A DNA stretch of 64,000 nucleotides from Thermoplasmata archaeon. GTDB lineage: Archaea; Thermoplasmatota; E2; JACPAO01; JAHFTW01. A model generated the notes under the pieces. That model saw nothing but the letters and a program-made list of their open reading frames with translations. It ran no database searches and was not told the origin of the DNA. This document shows, piece after piece, positions 9,799 through 18,500 of this stretch. How positions within the stretch are numbered: position 1 is the first letter of the stretch; each line of letters begins with the position of its first letter. The stretch lies in contig JAXDQS010000010.1 of assembly GCA_034667725.1 (NCBI GenBank), forward strand, positions 288,001-352,000, read 5' to 3'. Made by a program: the position numbers and the translations under genes.

Positions 9799-9822
9799 CG
9801 CGCGGGCACCGGCACCGGCACC

Positions 9823-10494
9823 ATGAAGCCTCGCCCCCGTGTCGCCGCCGCCGTGCGCGAGCATGCGGTGTGGGAGAAGATCGCGCACTCGTTCGACCAG
9901 TCGCGCACCCGCACTTGGCCGCACGTCGCCGCCTTCCTCCAAGCCCTCCCCGCCGAAAGCCGCGTGCTCGACCTCATGGCCGGCAACGGCCGCCACCTCC
10001 CCCCCATCCTCGCCGCCGGCCACCACGCCACCTGGCTCGACTGGAGCCGCCCCGCCGCCCGCATCGCCGCCCGCCGCCACCCGCAGGCGCACGCCATCGT
10101 CGCCGACGCCACGGCACTCCCCGTCGCCGACGGCAGCTTCGACGCCGCCATCCTGGTCGCTGGCCTCCACTCCATCCCCACCGCGGCCGGCCGCGCCAAG
10201 TGCCTCGCCGAGCTGCGCCGCGCCCTGCGCCCCGACGGCCGCGTCCAGGTCACGGTGTGGAGCCGCGACGCGCCCCGGTTCCGCGCCGAAGGTATCCCCG
10301 GCGAACCGGTGGACGTCACGATCCCTTGGCGCAGCCACGGCCACGACGAGCCACGCCGCTACCACCTCTACACCCCCGCCGCGCTGCGGGCCGACGTCGA
10401 GACGGCGGGGTTCGAGGTCGTGCGCGAGCAGGCCGTGGCCGTCGTCAGCCGGGAAGGACCGGACAACCTGGTCGTGGAAGCCCGCCGCCCGTGA
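9823..10494 (+). CDS. Class I SAM methyltransferase, Trm9/ALKBH8-like
   Basis: WEKIAHSFDQSRTRTWP resembles the Trm9 N-terminus; VLDLMAGNGRH motif I; RYHLY near the C-terminus. Confidence 0.75.
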   Translation: MKPRPRVAAAVREHAVWEKIAHSFDQSRTRTWPHVAAFLQALPAESRVLDLMAGNGRHLPPILAAGHHATWLDWSRPAARIAARRHPQAHAIVADATALPVADGSFDAAILVAGLHSIPTAAGRAKCLAELRRALRPDGRVQVTVWSRDAPRFRAEGIPGEPVDVTIPWRSHGHDEPRRYHLYTPAALRADVETAGFEVVREQAVAVVSREGPDNLVVEARRP

Positions 10495-10542
10495 CGGCGT
10501 GCGAGGGCTTATCGCGGCCCCCCAAGTCGCCGCGGCACGACC

Positions 10543-11418
10543 ATGCAGGTGCTCGCGGGCTCCGCCTCCAAGCCGTTCGCCACGGCGCTTGCCGCCGACA
10601 TGGCCGCCCCCCTCGTGGACGCCGAGATTCGCCGCTTCCCCGACGGCGAAGCCTACGTCCGCCTCCTCGGCGACGTGCGCGGCACCGACCTCGCCATCGT
10701 GCAAGCCACCACCCCCGACGCCCACCTGGTCGAGATGCTGCTTTTGGCCGACGCCGCCCGCGAAGCCGGCGCCGGCTGCCTCACCGCCGTCATCCCATAC
10801 CTCGGCTACGCCCGCCAAGACCGCGTGTTCGCGCCCGGCGAAGCCGTCAGCAGCCGCGCCACCCTCAAGGCGCTCGCCTCCGCCTTCGACCGCCTCGTGA
10901 CCGTGGACCCCCACAAGCCGGAAGTGCTGCGGTTCTTCGGCGACGCCCACGCCATCACCGCCATCCCCCAGCTCGCCGCCGAGCTCGCCCGCTGGGGCGT
11001 CGACGCCATCCTCGCCCCCGACAAAGGCGCCCGCGACCGCGCCGAGGCCGCAGCCAAGCTCGTCGGCGTCCCCGTCGACCACATGGAGAAGACCCGCCTC
11101 AGCGCCACCGAGGTCCGCATGAACGCCAAGGAGCTCGACGTCCGCGGCCGCCGTGTTGCCATCGTCGACGACCTCATCGCCAGCGGCGGCACCATGGCCA
11201 CCGCCGCCTTGCAGTTGAAGGCCCAAGGCGCCACCCACGTCTACGCCGCCTGCACCCACGGCGTCTTCACCGACAACGCCGTCCCCCGCCTCCTGGGCAG
11301 CGGCATCGACCGCGTCCTGGCCACCGACACCCTCCCCCACCACCCCGGCTGCCACACCGTGAGCGCCTCCCCCGCCGTCGCCGGCCTCCTCCGGGCCCAA
11401 ATCCCCTCCAGCCTCTGA
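10543..11418 (+). CDS. prs: Ribose-phosphate pyrophosphokinase
   Basis: RFPDGE, PYLGYARQD, VDDLIASGGT, CTHGVF. Confidence 0.95.
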   Translation: MQVLAGSASKPFATALAADMAAPLVDAEIRRFPDGEAYVRLLGDVRGTDLAIVQATTPDAHLVEMLLLADAAREAGAGCLTAVIPYLGYARQDRVFAPGEAVSSRATLKALASAFDRLVTVDPHKPEVLRFFGDAHAITAIPQLAAELARWGVDAILAPDKGARDRAEAAAKLVGVPVDHMEKTRLSATEVRMNAKELDVRGRRVAIVDDLIASGGTMATAALQLKAQGATHVYAACTHGVFTDNAVPRLLGSGIDRVLATDTLPHHPGCHTVSASPAVAGLLRAQIPSSL

Positions 11419-11478
11419 AAACGCCTATAAGGGAGGGCCGAGTCGCCGCGCCTGCCCCCTAGGGGACCGTGACCCTTC

Positions 11479-11586
11479 ATGAAGCGAAGCTCCCGCGCCT
11501 GGAAGAAGCCAGGCAAGCAACGCTGGAAGTGGCGCAAAAAGAAAATGCGCCGCCGAAAGCGTGCCCAGAAGATGCGCAAGGCGTAA
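11479..11586 (+). CDS. rpl41e: Ribosomal protein eL41 (eS32); absent from the ORF track
   Basis: MKRSSRAWKKPGKQRWKWRKKKMRRRKRAQKMRKA*; TATA (CTATAAG) at about 11425. Confidence 0.85.
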   Translation: MKRSSRAWKKPGKQRWKWRKKKMRRRKRAQKMRKA

Positions 11587-11659
11587 GCCCGCAACACTGG
11601 CGAAGGCTTCGCCTTCCCTGTTTTCCCTCTCTTTCCCAGACACCCTCAAACTCCGCACC

Positions 11660-11825
11660 GGGGACATGGTGCAACCAGGCAACATTGCTGGCTCCAGTGA
11701 TGGAAATGACGAGAAGAGGGTCAGCTGTACTGCCCAGGGTAGCTCCTTGGGACCAGTGATGATTCACTGGAGCGCTGATCCATCGGAGTGACCAGCCGAT
11801 CTGGGTTCAAATCCCAGTGTCCCCA
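11660..11825 (+). tRNA. tRNA-Trp(CCA) with a 93-nt intron at 37/38 (11698-11790)
   Basis: GGGGACA/TGTCCCC acceptor stem; GCTGG-CTCCAG^A-CCAGC anticodon arm; bulge-helix-bulge CTCC/GGAG with AGT and TGA bulges; GGTTCAAATCCC T-arm. Confidence 0.95.
11698..11790 (+). ncRNA. Intron-encoded box C/D guide RNA (Cm34 of tRNA-Trp)
   Basis: Box C ATGACGA (11706), C' GTGATGA (11757), D CTGA (11775); guide TCACTGGAGC is complementary to 11691-11700 and its D+5 position pairs with C11694 (C34). Confidence 0.85.
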
Positions 11826-11826
11826 T
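11803..11826 (+). repeat. att core, left copy (3' end of tRNA-Trp)
   Basis: Identical to 32973-32996. Confidence 0.93.
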
Positions 11827-11895
11827 CACACAAACAGGCACACAAACAGAGGGCGTTGGCTCATATACCGCGCCAAGCGCCAGGACCTCTGTCAC

Positions 11896-12351
11896 ATGCC
11901 AGAACAACCGAAGCCGGGCCGCGGCATCGGCCGGCTCATCCGCAAGCCTGCCGCCGAGCGGACGCCCGAGGAGCGCGAGGAAGTCGCCCGCTACCTTCGG
12001 GAGAAGGACTACCACAAGGACAGGCTCCACGTCCACGCCAGCCAGGAACTCATCCAGGGTTGGCGGGAGGCAGCCAAGGCCCGCGGAATGAAGACGGCCC
12101 CCTGGGTCGTGCTTGCAGTTCAGAACTACCTGCGCGGCCGCGACGACGTCGTGGACGCCCTCAAGGCGGAACTCGTGCGCGCCAACGAGCGGGCCCTCGA
12201 CGCGCAGCGGACAATGGCCGAGACCATCCGGAAGTACGGCGACCAGCACGACTTGGCCGCGAGGATCCAAGCCTACCTGACGGAAGCACTGCAGATCAAC
12301 CAGGAACTGCGCGCCCGCGTCGCAGCGATGGATGGGAGGAGGAGCGAATGA
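11896..12351 (+). CDS. Putative RHH plus coiled-coil DNA-binding protein of the element
   Basis: RLHVHAS strand followed by two helices (W..AA...G...), then heptad-rich C-terminus; CATATA at about 11862. Confidence 0.6.
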   Translation: MPEQPKPGRGIGRLIRKPAAERTPEEREEVARYLREKDYHKDRLHVHASQELIQGWREAAKARGMKTAPWVVLAVQNYLRGRDDVVDALKAELVRANERALDAQRTMAETIRKYGDQHDLAARIQAYLTEALQINQELRARVAAMDGRRSE

Positions 12352-12583
12352 CCGTGCGACGCCCCTCGTGGGCTCCCAAGGACCTCCAGGTCGATGCGCG
12401 CAGCCCAACACCTTTCCGCACCCACGATGACGTGCCGGTTTAAGCCCGGCGTAAATGAATCGCTGGTCTCCGGGCAAACTTCTTGTAGGCCTTGAGGTCA
12501 GCAAGCCTGCCCATTTTCCTTTTACCCCATCTCGCTGTGAAAAACGGAGCCACTGCATGAGTCGCACACTTGTTTCCCAATCC

Positions 12584-15500
12584 ATGCGCAATCCATTCGC
12601 TCGGGCCCCCACCATTGCCCTTGTCTTGGCCGCGCTCATGCTCGCCTCTTTGCCAGGCGCAGCCGCCTTGGGCGGACTGCCGAACATCCCGGTGTCCCCC
12701 GTCCCGGGGCAAGGATTGGCCACACCCGCCCCCATGCAACCCACCGCAATCGCGTCTTTTGGCCGCGCGAGCGGCCCGACGTTTCCGGCAGGCTCGTTTG
12801 AGCAGAACGCTGGCCAATGGCCGTCGCAAGCGCTCTACAAGTTTCGGGCGCCGGGATATGACGCATACCTGACCGCGCGCGGCTTCGTGGTCGCGTTGGC
12901 CAACGTCACGCTTCCCGAGTACACGGATGGCTTGTCGTTCCAGGAAAGCGTCCTCGTCCAGACGAACCTCTACGTCGAGTTCATGGGCGCCAACGGCATC
13001 CACGAAGGAAGCGAGTTGGAAAGCTACAGCACCAACTATCTGATTGGAAACAGCTCTGCAGCTTGGCGCGCGGGCGTTCCAAGCTTCAGGGAAGTCCACG
13101 TCCATGAGCTCTACCCCGGCATCGACCTCCGCTACCATGCCAACTCTGACGGGACGCTCAAGTATGACTTGCTGGTCGAGCCTGGTGCAAACCCTGGAAT
13201 CATCCGCATTCAGTTCAAGGGGGCCGAGAACCTGGCGCTGGACCTCGAAGGCAACCTCTTGATCAAGACCGCCGCAGGCACGGTCCGCCATGGCCGGCCC
13301 GTCAGCTGGCAAGGTTCCGTCCCGGTGGCCGCCGCATACCGGCTTGGCGCCGACAACATTGTGCGCTTGGAGTTAGGCGCCTACGACCATGCCAAGCCGC
13401 TCGTGATCGATCCCCCGCTTTACTCCACGTATTTCGGCGGCAACTTTGCGGAGGAGGGCATTTCGGCCCACGTCGACCCCGTCACGGGTGCCGTGACGAT
13501 GGCCGGGCTCACCTCTTCCACGACTTTCCCCCTGCTAGGTGCCTACCAGTCGACGAACCGGGGTGTTCGCGACGCATTCATCACCCGTTTCGCTCCGGAC
13601 GGGGACGCTATCCTCACGTCGACGTTCTTGGGCGGCAGTCAGGACGAAACGAGCGCCTACGTCGATCTCGGTCCGGGAGGAGAGGTGTACGTTGCCGGCA
13701 CTACCAAGTCGACGGATTTCCCCACACTTGCTGGATATCAGACGACGAAGACGGGTACCTTGGAGGCAGCTTTTATCACGAAGATGGATGCCGCCGCTTC
13801 GAGTCTCACCTACTCCACATACATCAACGCCGCCGCCGGCTTCGCCCATGTTTACTCCTTGGATATCGACGGCAACGGCGAGGCGTTCATCTCAGGGGAA
13901 AGCGGCGCCTACAGCGACCCCCTGTATCCCACCACGCCAGGCTCCTACGCGCCTACCCTGCCTTGGCACTACAACGGCTTCGTCACCAAGCTCGATGCCA
14001 GTGGCACATCGCTCGATTACTCCACTTACCTCAACTGCCATGGCGACTGCAGGCCCTATGACATCGCAGTGGACAGCTTGGGCTCGGCTTACGTCACGGC
14101 CAACATCGCAGGCGGCATCACGGTCACGCCGGGTGCGTACCACACCTCTCCAACGGCCACATACCCCCCGTATTGGTATGGATTCGTGATGAAGTTTAAC
14201 CCCGCAGGTTCGGCGACCGAGTACTCGACCTACATGGAAGGCAGCCCTGCCCAAAACTCCCGCTCCTCCATCGCCATCGACATGGACGGCTACGCCTACA
14301 TCACGGGCAGTCTCAACAACAACGCCTTCCTGACAAAGCTAAATCCAACTGGCACGGGGGCGGCCTTCTCCGTTTCCGTGGGCGGGTCTGGGACGGATTA
14401 CGCCAACGACCTCGTTCTTCTCTCGACGGGCTCCGTAGCTATCATTGGCAACACCCTCTCCTCCGATTTCCCGCTGGCGGGAACCCCCTACCAACAAGCG
14501 AATGGAGGGGCTTGGGACGGGTTCGCGGCGGTCCTTGCAGGCAGCACTGGGGCGCTCGAATACTCAACCTACTTAGGCGGGACCGCGACCGAGGAGGCCA
14601 AGGCGGCGGCTACTGACGCTACGGGCGTTGTATACGTCATAGGAGATACAAAGTCCGCCAATTATCCGGTTACAGAAGACGCCTACCAAAAGACTCGGTT
14701 GGGTACGCGCGACGCCTTCGTGACGAAGGTCGACGTCTTTGCCCCCGCGGCACCCTCTGGCTTAACCGCAACGACCGGCCCGCTGCTTGGCCAAATTACG
14801 CTTTCTTGGACCCCTGGGGCAGCACCGTCTGCCTATCCGGTGCGGCATTACGTCATCTACCGGTCGACCGTCGCAGGAGGCCCCTATGCAGCCGTGGGAT
14901 CCTCGACGTTTCCTTCCTTCGTCGACCATGACCTTCCCACCGGACCCTACTACTATCGCGTCGCCGCCGTCAATGACCGAGGCGAATCGACAAAGTCGGG
15001 CGAGGCGACCGCCATGGCAGCGGGAATGCCGCTTGGAACTGACGGCTTCACCTTGGCAGACTACCAATCGGAATCCCCGACAGGCAATACGCCGTTTGCC
15101 GGCGTGCGGCTCAAATCACCGTGGCCCTCCGCTGCCACGGACGACGCCACGGTGAACCTGGCAAAGGGCGAGTTCGTGGCTCGCCTTCCTTTGCTGCAAA
15201 TGGACAATGACTTCGGCGAGCCGCTGCTCCTGCAGCTTACGTACCGGAGCATCGGCAACGCCGCGGGCCACCCAGGCCTCAGCTGGGGCTGGGACTGCAA
15301 CTGGTTCCAACGCATCGAAGCGGACGGACCCGACTACTTGTACCACACCGGCGATGGGAGGGTGCTGCGTTACACACCCACGACTGGCGGCTACGAAGGT
15401 CCGCCGGGCACCTATTCCATGTTGGTCCCCGTGGCTGGAAAAATGGAGCTACAGGGCCGCGACGGGACTCGGCTCGTGTTCAACCCAGCCATCTCAAACC

Positions 15501-18500
15501 AACTCGAGGAACGGGTGGACCCCGCGGGGAACAGTTGGGCCTTGGTCTACAACCCCGACGGGAGCCTGAACCGCGTCACCGATCCCGCCGGGCGCTACAT
15601 GGTCTTCGCATATGCCACGGCCGGCGCAAGCGCTGGCAATCCATTCTACACGGGTGTCCCGCTACTCCTCGGCATCGCGGACCACACCGGCCGTTCGGTC
15701 GGAATCCAGCGCGGCGTCACGGACGGCCACATCACCTCAGTCCAGACCCCGAGCGACAGTTCCGGCACCGCCTACAAGACCAAACTGCAGTATGGCCCGG
15801 GCCATCTCCTGAACACGTTCCGCGACCCCATGAGCTACGAGTACCTCAAAATCGGCTACGATGGCTTTGGGCGCGTCTTGTCGCAGGTGCAGGCCACCGG
15901 CGCGGCCTGGTTCTTCACATATTACCACGACGCTGGCATCACTGTGGCGTGGGACGCCGCCAGCAACAAGGAAGAATGGCGTTTCCTTCCTTCCGGCGCA
16001 GCGGTCCCTCGGACTGTTCCAACGGCCAAAATCGACTACACTTCGGGCAAGCGGACCACAGACCCCGCATCCTACTCGACGACATACGGCTTCAACGCAC
16101 AGGATGAGATGACCTCCATCATATTTCCTGCGGGCAACTCGGAGACACACACCTACGACGAAACGAATCCGTCCATCTTCGCGCGCGGCAACCTCCTGAG
16201 CTCGACCACGGCCGCCGGCAACGTTCGCACACTCCGGGACGAGACGACCTACAAGGCCTCCATCACGACCCGGTACGAGTACGACCCAATCCACAACGTC
16301 GTGGTGCGAACCATCGACCCGCGCGGGACCGATGGGACCTACGCGCCACCCAACGGAGGCGTTCCCAGCGCGGGCCGCTACACGACGCGCATCTTCTACG
16401 ACTTCGAGGAAGCCACCTTGGGAGACCTGAACGGCGACGGCATTACCTCGGACAGCGACCGGAAACCAGTGAAAATCTCCTATCCGACGGTCAACGCAGG
16501 CGTCACCCTGCCTCCAGCCTTCACGGCCGCCTATCTCAACCAAGCCGCCGTGGAGACATTCCAATGGAACGACGACGGCCAGCTCCTCCGGCACACCGGA
16601 GCTAGCGGCATCGAAGAGGCGCGCTCGTACTTCCCCAATGGCGACCTCAAGGATATCACGATTGATCCGTCGGGCTTCGGCATCAAGACCAGCTTCACGT
16701 ACAACTCCGTTGGGGACGTCACAGGCGTCACCGACCCGAACGGCAATGTCCAGTCGTTTGACGTCGATGGACGAAGCCGCACGCGGATGGAGACGCGCTC
16801 GGGGACGACTCCGAGCCCTGCTTACATGACAAAGCAGGCCTTCGACACCAACGACCAGCTCATCCGACTCGAGCGCGAGACCGACACAGGCACGAACGTC
16901 TTCACGCGGGTAGAGTACGGCTACGACCGGCTCGGCCGCACGGCAAGCAAGACAACCTACGCCGACCGCTCGACAGTCATTGAGGCCGCCTTGGCGGGCC
17001 ACCCAACCCCGCCGCCTGCGGTGTTCACTGACACATTCGAGCACGATGGCAACGGCAATCTGGTCCGCCATGCGAGCGGCTCCGGGGAGACTCAAGAATG
17101 GACGTATGACGAGCGCGGGCTCGTGCTCCAAGCCATCGGCGGCAACGGCCCTGGCTCGTTCGCCTACGACGCGAACGGCAACCTCGCCACCGCGACCGAC
17201 GCCAACGGCAACAGCGCCCGTTTCCAGACGGATGGGCATGGCCGCCAGACCGTGGAGACGGATGCCACAGGCACGGCCGTCATCACCACCTACGATGTCG
17301 CGGGCAACGCCGTGAGCCAAGCCGCCTACGATGGCGCAGGCGGCGGCCGGAAGCTGCGCGAGGTTCGGTCATCCCACGACGAGCGGGGCCAAGTGTTCCG
17401 CATCGACGCCGAGCACATCGTCCCGGAAGGGGAGCGCCGGTCCATCGACGCAGGCACCCTTACCCCTGGCGATGCCTGGGTCACGACATTCCAGGAGTGG
17501 AGCAAGGACGGGAAGCTGTTGCGCCGGACGGACGACAACGGGCATCTCACGCAGTGGACATATGACGCCGCGGGCCGCCTTGAAGTTACGACCGGACCGA
17601 CCGGCGAAACGGTGCGGAATACGTACGACGACAATGGCAACACGCGTTCCGTGGAGCGCAGCGACGGCCTCGGACCGGCGTGTCCGCATAATTGCACGAC
17701 GCTTTTGGACTACGACTTCGAGGACCGCCCTACGGAACAGCAGAATCCCGACGGCACGACGCGCCAGTGGTTCTACGACGGCCGCGGCAACGTCTGGAAG
17801 ACCATCGACGAGAACGGGCACGAGACAATCACGCTCTACGACAACGCCGACCGCCCCTGGGTCACCCGGCAGCAGCCGGCGCCTTCGGTCACGGTCACCA
17901 CCACGACCCATTGGGACCCGGAAGGGCGAGCCCAGACCCGTTGCAACGGCCCCTCCACCACGGACTGCACTTCCTACGAGTACGTTCCCTCGACGGCTTG
18001 GGTCACAGCGGAGACGCCACATCCGACCTCGGGGCTTTCCGGCACCATTCACCGCTACGACGCCGGCGGCAACCGGATCGCGACCATCTACGGCAACGGT
18101 CGGGAAATCCACATGGCCTACGATTCCGTAGGCCACGTGCGCGCCATCGACATCACGGCCGACGCCAGCACCATCGGCACCCTGCACCAATCGTTCACCT
18201 ACGATGCCTTAGGCCAGGTCATCGCCTCAACGGACACCGGTGTCCGCAACATGGGTTCCGGCTTGCCGTCAGGCCTCCCCGAGACCACGGCCACGCAGGC
18301 CTATGACAGCTTCGGCCGGGTCGTCCGCGAAGCCCAGAACGGATTCATGGTCCACTATGTGCGGGACGGCGTCGGCAATGTCGTCGAAACGGTCTACCCT
18401 TCCACGGCCCAAGGCATGGTGGCCATCGACCCAACCGCCCGCGTGATCCTGCGCAGCTACGACATCCGCGACCGAGTGGACCGGGTCTGGGATGCGAAAG

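Noticed and set aside
12348-12443. 31-aa ORF coupled (ATGA) to the RHH gene
   Set aside because: Too short to assign; may be a truncated element gene but there is no supporting motif
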